A DNA stretch of 64,000 nt from Eledone cirrhosa (taxonomy: Eukaryota), in the NCBI GenBank assembly GCA_964016885.1, contig OZ024743.1, positions 231,198,001-231,262,000 on the forward strand, read 5' to 3'. Below, one piece after another: positions 1 through 12,938 of the stretch; within the stretch, counting starts at the first letter, position 1, and each line of letters opens with the position of its first letter. Under the pieces are notes generated by a model. It saw only the letters and a program-made list of their open reading frames with translations, ran no database searches and was not told where the DNA came from. A program made the translations under genes and the position numbers.

Positions 1-984
1 CCCTTTATTAAGAGCGTATAGTGTAATTTGAAGGAGGTTCATCTGCTCTTTTTAGCCGTTCTTACAAGGACTTAGAGTTTGCCAACATCGGCTTGTTGAT
101 TGACTTGTAATCACAGTTGTTTTGTGTTTTTTTATATGCTCAGCTTGTTGATATTTGTGCTGTTATAATTTTTTATATTTATGTTAAGCTTGTTACATGT
201 GTTGCTATTTTTGTTGTTCGTCCTTGATAGAGTTGATGTTTATATCGTTAATTTTTTTTTTTTATTTCATTCATATGTTGTTTTTGCCACTTATTTTTAT
301 TGATGTTTTTGTTTGTAATTTTCACTTCAAGAACAACACTTTGAATTACAATTCTTTATTATCGTTTCTTCGAAAACCACCTACCCACCACTAAAACCTG
401 ATGTAAAACATTACTTGTAATATTTCACAGATAGTGATAACGGACACCCATAAATTAATTCAGACACGTCGACACCACATTTCAACACAAGCACCTTCTT
501 AACCACAACTACCGCCATTACTACCTCAAAGATTTCAGCGATATACAATTATGAAAAGAAAATGGATTGAAGCCAACTAACTATTCTATTTCCTGATTGA
601 ATGCACTTATGATATGGACTTTTTACCTGATTCATTTTACCCAAAATTTCCTTCGTTCAACTCTTGTTTTCTACTGATATGAAATGGCCAAATATCTTTT
701 ACAGTTGTTGATAGACGAGAAATTATCATTTATATCTCTTTTTCTATTTTCTAAGAACGATCTTTCGGCATCATGAAATGCATTTCCATTTCTATCGTTT
801 ACTTTTTTCTTTCACTCCCTTGCTTTCGCTTTCACACCCACATACGCACACTCTTTATTTATATCCAACTATATTTCTTTCTATCTACCTGTCTCTCTCC
901 TCCCTCTCCCCCTACCCCCCTCTTTATATATATATTTACATGTTGTGGTATAAAAACAGAAGAAAAACTCCTTTAACGGATTTT

Positions 985-1461
985 GTTTTTCATCACCCAG
1001 TGCGTCTAATATCCTCCTCCTCACTAAGCAAGCTTGATGGCGCTTAGTCGCCGACAACAGGACTATTCACAGCCTGTACTGTGTTTACATGTTATCAATA
1101 GTACTGAAGAGCGATCTGACATTTTTTTCTGGTGCGAGGGACTCCTTCTCTTCATAAAGACATCTCTCTAGGAGAAGCTCACTCTAAAAATAACTGCAAC
1201 TTTATTTGCATCCAATGATGTAGACCAACATTTTGGGGGTAAATGCATTCGATGTTCAAAGAATGGGATTGGCCCCGTACAAAGCCTTTCATCACTGAAA
1301 AAACATTCAAGCGCAGGCATCGCTTGATATGTGACATCTTTTTGCAATACATGCCATAGGCAAATCCCTAGCAGGACTAAAGAGACACGTCCGTGGTTCT
1401 CATGCTTAAGTATCAAGCGATAGCCTTACTCGAAATCGAGTTGCAGTCATCACCAATCACC
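985..1461 (+). mobile_element. Degenerate 3' end of an RTE-clade LINE
   Basis: 1341-1410 reads (with a frameshift) FCNTCHRQIP..AGLKRHVRGSHA*, the C-x2-C..GLxxHxRxxH C-terminal finger of RTE ORFs. It is followed by a ctcg-aaat-cgag stem-loop and ends in a TA/TATG run. The same end occurs at 57341-57618. The 5' boundary is approximate. Confidence 0.55.
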
Positions 1462-2077
1462 ATATATGTATGTATATATGTATGTATATAGGTATGCATG
1501 TATGTATGTATATACATATATGTATAGAGGTACTCATGTGTGTATGATATAGGTATGGATGTATACATGTATGTATATAGGTATGCATGTATGCATGCAT
1601 GTATGTATGCGCGCGTGTGTCTTTTGTACATAGACTTCTTCATTAAAACTGAAGCAAAATATCCATCACATACTTATACATAAGCAGCAATTGGTAGCAA
1701 TTCACAAGGAACTGGAGGATACCTGAACGACATCAACAAATGAGTATATATGTACGGGGATCGTAAAATGGTCAGTGAAATATATAATGGCCGTTGTAAA
1801 AACGCTACTAAAACGAACATTTAAATATCCATCCACCATATGTGCAATAAGGATATCATAAAAGTGTTAAACAAATTAGTTATTAATGGAATAACAGTGT
1901 ATCAATTCAATAAGACACCCATCTACTCAGTTGCAATAGGTAGTTCCTCATTGTCACTCCATTAATGTTTACATAAATCCAAATGCAATCATAAGGCGGC
2001 GAATTTGCAGAATCGATAAAATAACGGATCGTTTTCTCGCGGGATTCATTGCAAATCTTTCATTATTAGAGGCCTAT

Positions 2078-2266
2078 GGGGCGGTGGATTGGCAGTATCG
2101 GTAGAGGGTCGGACGCCATGATTTGCAGCATAGAGTTACCTCCCTTTATGATTTGAGTTCAAATCCTGCCGAGGTTCACTTTGCCTTTCATCCTTACGGG
2201 ATCGATAAAATAAAGTACCAGTAATGTACTGGGTAATTTGCTGGCCTTGTGCCAAACATAGAAACA
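2078..2266 (+). mobile_element. tRNA-derived SINE, full length, 16-bp TSD
   Basis: A-box-like tggcagtatcgg and B-box-like gagttcaaatcc, conserved body gcctttcatccttacggg-tcgataaaataaagtaccag. TSD attattagaggcctat at 2062-2077 and 2267-2282. Confidence 0.92.
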
Positions 2267-2763
2267 ATTATTAGAGGCCTATAAGTAAAAGCACCAATCC
2301 AGTACTGTGTTTGATTCTTCTTCTATTTATCTTTCTCATTTTCTCTTCTTCGACCTCAATCTTTCTTCAACAGAAATCATTATAACTCTAAAGGAAGTTA
2401 TGGTCTCCTGAAAGTGGAATCTTAGAAATGTCGTGGTAACACTAGACCTGTTTTAGGCACTGAAAATCAAGTAGTTTGACAATAGCCAGTTTCTTCTTCA
2501 AGAGATTTAGGAAGAGAGAGGTAAATTGACTACGGCACTGGACTCTTATTTTATTTATCGACACCAAAAAGATGAAAGAGAGAGGTATTTGAACAAAGAG
2601 AGCAAAGATTCGGATTGCAATGAGTCCGCCAGACTAACAGCTCCAAAATAACTTACACAATCACACATGTCTTCTATAAATATTTGTGCATGTCGTACTT
2701 TTAATATCATACTGATAAACACAGCTATTGATCTGCATACATAGAGAACATTATATCAACACA

Positions 2764-2949
2764 AGCGGTGTATTGGCAGTATCGGTAGAGGGTCGGACGC
2801 CATGCTTTGACGCAAAGAGTTACGGCCCTTTCCATTCTGAGTTCAAATCCCGCCGAGGTTAACTTTGCCTTTCATCCTTACGGAGTCGATAAAATAAAGT
2901 ACCAGTAATACAAATGGTAATTGCTGGCCTTGTGCCCAAAGTAGAAACA
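2764..2949 (+). mobile_element. Same SINE family, 14-bp TSD
   Basis: Aligns end to end with 2078-2266. TSD attatatcaacaca at 2750-2763 and 2950-2963. Confidence 0.92.
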
Positions 2950-4497
2950 ATTATATCAACACATTGTGTTATGCAGGATGTAGAAAATAAATGAAAATAC
3001 GAGGCTAAATTGCATGTCCTACACATAAATATTTGTCTGAAAATAACTGTTTGTCTGAAAAAACCTCACTATTCCTCAACAAATATTCCACAGAGATCCA
3101 AATGATTAAATAATCTTGACCCCCAGAAACCATTGGAGTAAGACATAAATTAAAGAGAAGATATGTAGATTAGATTAAATTTCTAATAAAGAAGCAATGG
3201 CATAGTTGAAAAAAGTAAAATATTTCTTAAAGAATCAAAAGAATGAACAGAATATTCCAAAATGTCACTTTTCGTTTTTAGTCTCGAAATTCTCACTAAA
3301 AAACGGATTACTTTTTTTTCAGCACTTTCTTATTAAACTCTAGCATTCATATGTTTTCGTCAAAAACGTTTCTATCCTTTGTGAGTATACTAATCTGTCT
3401 AGCTGATTAACATCAAATTATTTATGTCTGGTCTTATTGTCATATATTGTTTTCTGTGTACATTATGTTGCAAATGTTCTGAATTAATTTGCCACTCCTT
3501 AAAGATCCATTGGCACATTAAACCAATAACATTGATTATAGATACACAAAGCTGACATAGAAGCAGTAGCAACGACAGCACAAAACGAAATGAAATATAG
3601 AATGATAGAAGACATCTAAAAAGCGGTCACGATAGTCGTCATAGACGTCGGCCAGATGATGATGGATAATACTGAAAGATACAGAGCGACATACCAGTGA
3701 ATTGACGCAGAAAGTCGAGATATGCAAGGTTAACATGAAAAAAAAAGAAACATGAATCTTTCAACAAGTAATACCAACAGTGGATTTCCAATGTTCCTTG
3801 GAAGTTAAGGCGAGGCGCGGAATCTTTTCACTAAACCGTTTAAAGGAGAGGATTTTATTTTAATTCTATAACATATAGGAATAGGTTTGCCCAAATTCTG
3901 AACGTTAATGTACCAGAACAAATGAGGATCTCAGAATTATTGGCAGCCGTTTTAAGTTACCAGGATAAAGAAACAAAAATCCTGGATGTCGACAGGTTAG
4001 GCCAAGATAAGCTATTTGGCGTATACCGGGAGTTTGTCATTTAAAAGCATGGAAAAGAGTCCGAAAAATCTGGAATCGAATCGTGAAGGCAAATGACAGA
4101 ACGGTGTTTCTGATGGTGGAATGAAAAAGGGTCCACGTTGTCACATATATTCTGCATCAGAAAATATAGCATTTAGCCAATGGATAAAGTACATGAAGTA
4201 TATCACGCAAGAAGAAAGGCATTAATATCGAATACGAGAAAGCATTATTGCGAAGTGCATTTCTTTAATTTTGGGGCATTTTGCGTAAATATACGCGCGC
4301 ACACACATGCACACACAAGTACACACACACACACACACATGCACACCCGCATATGCACATGCACACACACACACGCACGCAAATCAACCCATACACAAAC
4401 AAAACCCGCGCGTCAAACCTAAATCATATGCATAAATACATTCATACACTTACACACAAATGTATACACTTGTATATGTATATATATATATATATAT

Positions 4498-4541
4498 AAC
4501 TACATATTCGTATACGTGTGTGTGTGTAAATGGCTCTCCCC

Positions 4542-4610
<69 letters not shown>

Positions 4611-4677
4611 GAGAGAGAGAGGGAGAGAGAAAGGGGGAGAGCCATTTACACACGCACACGTATACGAATATGTAGTT
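4498..4677. repeat. ~180-bp palindrome centred on (CT)n(TA)n(AG)n
   Basis: aactacatattcgtatacgtgtg..taaatggctctccccctttc on the left is mirrored by gaaagggggagagccattta..cacgtatacgaatatgtagtt on the right. Confidence 0.9.
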
Positions 4678-5071
4678 TCACACACACACATATTATATAC
4701 ACACATATATAACGGAATCTAAATAGATACTTAGTGGCTGAATCCCTTGTTGAAAAGCAACACTCTCGTCTGTGTAAGGAGGCCTGCAATCAATGATACT
4801 TGCTGAACATTAAATTATGTTTTGCTACATTATATTCCTTTCTATATTCCCACGTAGATACTCACGATAGATATTCATTTCTGTAAGTAACTAAAAAGAA
4901 CTCTACTTTACACAAGTCGCCTTAGATAATTATACGTTAATGGCAATGACAAAAGATTCTTGAAATATTTTCGCTTTATTTCGTAGATTCTCATCGTTGA
5001 AGCGATGCAGGAACATTTTCGCTCAACTGTGTTATTAATTTTCGTATTCCATTGTATTTTTTTCCTTATAT

Positions 5072-5106
<35 letters not shown>

Positions 5107-5315
5107 GGTGATAGTGGCAGCAGAATCAGTGGTATTATAATTTTGCTTTTTCTCCGAGAAAGCGGTGTTCGACGTTGATTACACCTTATAAATATACGGG
5201 AAGAGAAATCCCAGTGTTTACAATTTGCATTGTAAAAAAAATATTTGTTTTTAAGATCGCTTTTCATTTCACTGAATATATTTTGCAATTCTATCCCTCT
5301 TTATCCCTCTCTTAT

Positions 5316-5402
<87 letters not shown>

Positions 5403-5865
5403 TGTATATATGTATATGAATATACATATGAAGAGAAAGATACTTATATATCAGTGTACAGCGTGAGAAAAAAAATGCGACCTGATATAAAAACGACCCG
5501 AGTCAGTAAAATGCGATTCTTTTCCGCACAGTCGATACACCGATTAATAATAGGAATACACTCTCTCCATAGTTTTATTTAATTGGTATTCTCCAACATA
5601 AGTGGGAATGTTACGAGCTATTTTGCGTTCGCTTTACGCCTGGCGACAATGAATAAAAAAAAAATACACAAACCAAGCACAACTATAACAATATATCGAA
5701 ATAATACATAATACTGGGAATAGAAGAAAGAAGTATATAGAAAATGCATTTGATAGAAATGAAAATAATATATTAGGGAAGGGCATATGTACAAACGATG
5801 AGGTAAAACTGCTTGCTCTGTATTTGCCCATATATATGTGCGCATAGAAGAATACACACACACGG

Positions 5866-5925
<60 letters not shown>

Positions 5926-6103
5926 ATGTGTGTGTGTGACTTAAGACCATGACTTATAAAGTGACCTTCTCACTACACAGGAGCTATTGAGTAAAGAATT
6001 GCAATGTAGACTTAATAAACATATTTAGCTCCACTATCGTATTGATTATGCATTCCTGTCACATTGTCATACTGTATATATATATACAGTATATATATAT
6101 ATA

Positions 6104-7257
6104 TACAAGTTAATATAAATTAATATATGATAAACACCTAAGTGTTTGTATTGTAAAAGACAAAAGTTAGCTAGAATGAAAGAAACTAATTGAAATTAAT
6201 ATAGTCTGCCTGTATCGATTTAAAAATTAATAAATCAATACACACAAACTTCTATTGGCAAATAGCTGTGGTACCTAGACAAATTTAAATTTCAAAATTC
6301 AAACCTTTTCCGCAGATCAATCTGAACCTCAAAATCCAAATAATGTTTCGCAAACGATGGTATAAAAGTGAAATAATCAATTTTCTGTGCTTATCAATAG
6401 GTACCCATACAAATTAGGTTACTTCACCTCGAAAACATTCTGAAGGTCTGGTTTACAAGCACAAACGCAGGAGGTTTTGCACTCGGTTCTTCCAGCTCAC
6501 TAGCTCTCTCATACTCATGGCGCTAGAAATAACAGCCGTTTATAAGGGATTAAAGATTAGCTCAACCGAGGGAGCCGTAATATATTATATAGGTGTTTAT
6601 CATATATTAATTTATATTAACTTGTATTACACGGCTCGGAAATGCTTCTTACTTTGAGCTAATTAATTGTAAATGACTCTTTGAGTGTATACTCTAAATA
6701 TAATATATTACTGCTCCCTCGGTTGAGCTAATCTTTAATCCCATATAAACGGCTGTTATTTCTAGCGCCATGAGTATGAGAGAGAGCTAGTGAGCTGGAA
6801 GAACCGAGTGCAAAACCTCGTGCGTTTGTGCTCGTAAACCAGAGCTTCAGAATTTTTTCGAGGTGAAGTAACCTAATTTGTATGGGTACCTATTGATAAG
6901 CACAGAAAATTGATTATTTCACTTTTATACCATCGTTTGCGAAACATTATTTGGATTTTGAGGTTCAGATTGATCTGCGGAAAAGGTTTCCATTTTGAAA
7001 TTTAAATTTGTCTAGGTACCACGGCTATTTTCCAATATAAGTTTGTATGTATTTATTTATTATTTTTTAAATCGATACAGGCAGGCTATATTAATTTGAA
7101 TTAGTTTGTTTCATTCGAGCTAACTTTTATCTTTTACAATACAAACACTTAGGTGTTTATCATATATTAATTTATATTAACTTGTATTACAAGGCTCGGA
7201 AATGCTTCTTTCTTTGAGCTAATTAATTGTAAATGACTCTTTGAGTGTATACTCTAA

Positions 7258-7268
<11 letters not shown>
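6104..7268 (+). mobile_element. Non-coding fold-back element: inverted arm plus partial tandem of a 560-bp unit (Penelope pLTR-like architecture)
   Basis: 6104-6590 is the reverse complement of ~6698-7187. 6591-6708 is directly repeated at 7151-7268. Both ends lie in (TA)n. Confidence 0.75.
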
Positions 7269-7289
<21 letters not shown>

Positions 7290-7297
7290 GTAATAAT

Positions 7298-7482
7298 TGT
7301 TTCTACGTTAGGCACAAGGCCAGCAATTAACCAGTGTATTACTGGTACGTTATTTTACGACCCCGTAAGGATGAAAGGCAAAGTTAACCTCGGTGCGATT
7401 TGAACTCAGAATGGCAAGGGCCGTAACTCTATGCGCCAAAGCATGGCATCCGACACTCTACCAATACTGCCAATCCACCGCC
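7298..7482 (-). mobile_element. SINE copy, reverse strand
   Basis: Reverse complement of the 2078 family, flanked by the direct repeat tatatatatatagtaataat. Confidence 0.9.
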
Positions 7483-7520
7483 TTATATATATATAGTAAT
7501 AATAATAATATATATATATA

Positions 7521-8683
7521 TTCTCTATTCTATTCTAGGGCCGGTAAAATTCCCAAGATCCATGGACGAGTTCTCTCCATCGGTCACTGTCCCTCATTAT
7601 CGCTGCCATGTCCTGCGTCTGCAAAAGACCAGTGTCTGTCCTTAGGGCATCAACATACGTTAACCCTGGTCTTCCTCTCCCAGTGTGTTCATGTAGGGGC
7701 TCCCACAGGAGCACTGTGTGTAATGTCAACTCTGGATGTCGGTGAGCGTGTCCAGATAGCCTCAGTCTCCTCTGTGTCACTTTTGAGCTGAGGAGGATAT
7801 TTGAGGGAGCTAGAGCAAAGTGCTCTCCCACGGTCATGGTTTTCATTGACTTTAGGAAGGCCTTTCATTCTGTGGACCGTCACTGCCTGATGAGTATCTA
7901 ACAGGCTTATGGAATCTCCAAGAAGATAGTGGACCTGATATCACTGCTCTACACGAACACCAAAGCCCAAGACAGTACACCTGATGGGATGACAGAGTTC
8001 TTTGAGATACTGTCTGGAGTGCTCCAGGGAGATACATTGGCTCCCTACCTTTTTATCATCGTAGTGGACTATTGTATGCGCCTTGCACTGGAAAAACACA
8101 AAGACGCTGGCTTTTCTGTAGCACCGGCTCAGAGCAGGAGAGTTAAGGCGAAAAAGACATCAGATGCTGAATTTGCCGACGACATAATTTTGGTGACAAA
8201 TACAGTGAAGGAGGAAGAGGATTTGATGCGGGAGGTTCAAACTGTTCCGATGAGTGTGGGGCTGAGAATGAATGAAGCTAAAACGAAATATCTGGTAGAG
8301 AATGTTGAGAAGCCAGAGGGGATCACTAATGTAGGCGGGAAGCCGCTACAATTAGTTGAGGACTTCCTGTATTTGGGAGCAAAGATTAGGAATACGGACA
8401 ATGATGTGGTTGAGAGGAAGAGCAAAGCCTTGGCGGCGTGCCACAGCTTGGAATCGGTGTGGAAGTCGGCCCTTCGTAAAGACGTGAAAATCCGCCTCTT
8501 CATTGCTGTAGTTCAGTCGGTACTGCTGTACAGGTCTGAGACTTAGACACTGACCAAGAAACTCACTCAGATGGTGGATGGGTGCTACACAAGAATTTTG
8601 AGGATGGCTCTGAACATTTATCAGTATACACTGAGGATGAAAAAACTCAGAGCTGTATGGGAGCCTGCCAAAGGTCAGCTCAA
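7521..8683 (-). mobile_element. RTE-like LINE, 5'-truncated with inverted 5' segment
   Basis: 7535-7791 (-) encodes the ORF C-terminus (RRLRLSGH..LLWEP..RGRP..TYVD..WRELV*) with an (AATAG)n tail. 7788-8683 (+) encodes the upstream RT core. Confidence 0.9.
7788..8683 (+). pseudogene. Non-LTR reverse transcriptase core (inverted segment, with stops)
   Basis: Motifs FIDFRKAFHSV, GVLQGDTLAPYLF, EFADDI, DFLYLG and SVLLYRSET. Confidence 0.9.
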
Positions 8684-8876
8684 TATATATATATAACAAA
8701 TTTGGTCGTTTTGGAAGCTTCAACAATGCAGATGTGTCAATCTCCGGGTAACACAATCCGGTGGTGAATAGAGAGAGATGTAAGAGGAAATGTAGAATGA
8801 GATGTATAGTGTGTAGAGGAACGTAGGAAAGAGCGTAAAAAATAAAATAGAGTTACCTTGGGTCAGATTTAATTGT

Positions 8877-8913
8877 CCCTATATTTCGGATTTCGCATCC
8901 ATCAACAGGGGGG
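8877..8913 (-). ncRNA. Minimal type I hammerhead-like ribozyme (variant core)
   Basis: Minus strand reads CCC-CUGUUGA-U-GGAU gcgaa AUCC-GAAA-UA-UA-GGG: helix I ccc/ggg, 4-bp helix II, core A6 replaced by U. Confidence 0.6.
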
Positions 8914-9682
8914 TTTTCGTAGGGGGAACGGTACGTGGTCTCTGTTGTCCGCCGTTTGTGTGTAACTGAGATATTCTGTAGAGCGCACGTGCGCGCGTAA
9001 CAGGTGCGGTCAAGCAAAGGTCGAGGGAGATCCTCTTTATCGTGGGAGTGGGGTGGTGCTAGCTGCCAATCCATTGTACTACTTATATTCAGTCTTTGTT
9101 ACTGGCAGTGTAGTAGTCTGTCTGGTCGCTTGTTGGTTTGTGGATGGTGGGGGCGCTATCAAGGAGCACATCAACACCAGGGCCTCGTCCTTCCGAAAAC
9201 GCATAACCAAATGCGGAAACAAAGACGGAAGGGCCATTGTCACAGTGCTAGCGACAGAACACAACGTCGGCACGTTACGAATTAAGGAAGCACTTTTGAT
9301 CAAACGCATAGGACCATAAATACATATGCGATCCGAGAGAAGCGAGACGAGGTGGCTGGTGTAAACAAACGAGACACGCACACACACAGTGGCATTCGAA
9401 CGATTGTTATTGTGTGTATAGCGCCCCCACCATCCACCGACCAACAAGCGACCAGACAGACTGCTACACTGCCAATAACAAAGGCTGAATATAGGTAGTA
9501 TAATGGATTGACAGCTAGCACCATCCCACTCCCACAATAAAGAGAGCTGCCTCGACCTTTGCTTGACCGCACCTATTCCGCGCGTACGTGTGCTCTACAG
9601 AATATCTCAGTTACACACAAACGGCGGACAACAGAGGCCATGTACCGTTTCTCTCCGACAGATAACTTTCCCCCGCGGAAAA

Positions 9683-9720
9683 CCCCCCTGTCGATGGATG
9701 CGAAATTCGAAATATAGTGA
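9683..9720 (+). ncRNA. Second, more decayed copy of the hammerhead-like motif
   Basis: ccccc-ctgtcga-t-ggat gcgaa attc-gaaa-tata-gtg. Confidence 0.45.
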
Positions 9721-9898
9721 CAATTAAATCTCTCCCAAGGTAAATCTATCTCGTGTTATTATTTTTTTTATTTTTTACGCTCTTGCCTACGTTCCTCTAC
9801 ACACTATACATCTCACTCTACATTTCCTCTTACATCTCTCTCTTCACCACCGGATTCTGGTACCCGGAGATTTACCCATCTGCATTGTTACCGCTTCG

Positions 9899-9950
<52 letters not shown>

Positions 9951-10216
9951 AGAGAAATGATTTTATTCGTACACTTTCATTTTATTACATGATTCTTTTA
10001 TAAGTATTTAGAATATATGAGGGTAATTAAATAGTAAAAATCTGGCATGTTCTCATCAGATAACGTAAGATGCATTGTTTTTCCTCGTTTCTCGTGGTGA
10101 TTACATGGAGAATGTCTTAAAGAAATACTAATCATTAATTGCTTTACGTATTTTTACGATAAGTTTAATGGGTTATATGATCAACCAAATTTCATCAACT
10201 GAATAATAAATGTTTG

Positions 10217-10284
<68 letters not shown>

Positions 10285-10301
10285 GAGAGGGAGAGAGAGA
10301 G

Positions 10302-10382
<81 letters not shown>
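10217..10382. repeat. (TA)n(GA)n compound microsatellite
   Basis: Directly visible. Confidence 0.95.
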
Positions 10383-10385
<3 letters not shown>

Positions 10386-11066
10386 GAAAAGATAGGACAA
10401 AACACCGAACGGAAACAAAATAATGCAAAACGAAAAATATTTGTTTAAAGGGAAACCTTAGAAAATTATTTTTTTTTAAAACAAAGGAAGCACACAGAAC
10501 TCCATGTTCATCGGCCGCTGAGATAGAGTTTGGCAGTTTCGACCCCTACCAAAGTCATTGCTGGTCCACCCTGAATCACAGATTCTGGCATAAACCAAAC
10601 GTTGTCCTAATGGTGTAAGAGATGAGAGACAAAACATTAATTTATAGTAATTAAGCTAATAACGTACAGAATTTTTATTAAGATAGGGAAAATGTCTGAT
10701 GCCTGTTTTAGCATGTGAGAAATGAATGAAACATAGAATAAGAAAGGAAGAAAACAGCAAGAAGAAGATAGTAATATATTGTGTTTAAAATGTATGGCAT
10801 TATAATAAATGGGGAAAAAACGACATGCTCGTTCGTCAAATTTGTAAATAAACTTTAGAAAATTAACAAATAGAGGATAGATGTAGGATCAGGATGCAAA
10901 TAGTGAGATTATCACTGTCAAATGTGTACTCAATACACTAGAATATTGGTATATTCACTCCATCAGAGAAATTACTTCTACAAGACTACAACTGTTTCAT
11001 TCGTAAGAAATTATAAAGAAAGATAAGGAATTTCATAGGAATGAGAGAGCTCTAATCCTGTAGATG

Positions 11067-11112
<46 letters not shown>

Positions 11113-11114
<2 letters not shown>

Positions 11115-11913
11115 AGGTGTGTAAAATAATGTCCAAGACTGATGTCACAAAAGATATATTTCAAACCCAAATTTCACACTAAGAGTTTTGTCCTTCAAAG
11201 TAATCCCTCTGGAGTCGAGTGCACTTTTCCATCCTTTTCTGCCACGCTTGCATGCACTCCTGGAAGGATTCTTCCGGGACCCTCCGCAGTTCCGTCGTCA
11301 CGGCCTTATTTGATGTCGTCCACGTCTTCAAAACGGGTCCCCTCCGGGTCGTACTCAATGATCCATGACTGTCCCTAGCAAGCCTGTTTCGGTTTCAAGA
11401 CGCTCGAGGATGACCTGGCACACTTGCATCCGTCGACCCATCTTGTGCATACTTTCCGCATGTCCAAATCTTCAGTGAGAATCTTCCAGACACTGTCCCG
11501 ATTCATGCCTAGCTCATTTGCCATTAGTCGAACAGTCAGCCGTCGATCGCTACGCACCATCTGCCTGACGCGCTCAACGTTGACCTCTCCAGGTTGTTGA
11601 GGGACTTCCGCTCCTGGGGTCATCTTGCAACACTCAAAAACGCGTCTCCATACACTTGCTTCTGACGGACTTTTTCCCAGCCGTCCCAGAAACTTCAAGT
11701 TTGTTCGGTGCTCTGTGCTCATTGATTGACGACCTGAAACAGAGGACATGTATATAAAATGATGAAGAAAAAGGTTTGATCGCTGCAGAGAGATAGGATT
11801 ACAGTTACATACTCCAGGGGGATTACTTTGAAGGAGAAAACTCTTACTGTGAAGTTTAGGTTTGAAATAAATCTTTTTTGAAATCAGTCCTGGAACTTTT
11901 CTGACACAACTCG
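11113..11913 (-). mobile_element. Internally deleted mariner DNA transposon
   Basis: TIRs of ~100 bp with TA on both sides. Minus strand encodes EHRTNLKFL..LGKSPSE..NVERVRQMVRSDRRLTVR..ILTEDLDMRKVC and the C-terminal GTRFEDVDDIK; most of the catalytic domain is missing. Confidence 0.92.
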
Positions 11914-12639
<726 letters not shown>

Positions 12640-12849
12640 GTTAGCCCCCCCTTTTCCCTGTCTTAAAACATTTAAATTCATTAAAGTGGGACCTTAACCG
12701 ATGTAGATGACATGTCGTGAATTGCTTGTGCCTCCATGCTGCGTGTTTTTGTGTATATGTTGATGTAAATGAATAGTTGGCTGGGTAGTGAAATGGACGG
12801 ATGGATAGATGCATGGCTCACAATTTTTCTGCAAAATATTTTTATACAT

Positions 12850-12938
12850 AAACGTTGCGTTTGCGTACCTCTGCTTAACACACACACGGATATATACTTA
12901 AACGTTGCATTTGGGTACGTCTGCTTAACACACACACA
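12850..12938. repeat. ~50-bp tandem duplication
   Basis: aaacgttgc-tttg-gtac-tctgcttaacacacacac occurs twice. Confidence 0.75.

Larger units (their letters stand above)
8695..9900 (+). mobile_element. Penelope-like element remnant with inverted pseudo-LTR
   Basis: 8711-9159 is the reverse complement of 9418-9900. The spacer encodes IKEH..C..VLATE..LRIKEALLIKRIGP, a GIY-YIG C-terminus. Each arm has a hammerhead motif, and both sides are (TA)n. Confidence 0.85.

Noticed and set aside
2078-2170. tRNA gene suggested by A/B boxes
   Set aside because: No cloverleaf; it is the head of a multi-copy SINE with TSDs.
6790-6848. ctggaaga..stem..gtaaa as a hammerhead
   Set aside because: Both core strands need indels; it folds more simply as a plain hairpin closed by ctgg/ccag.
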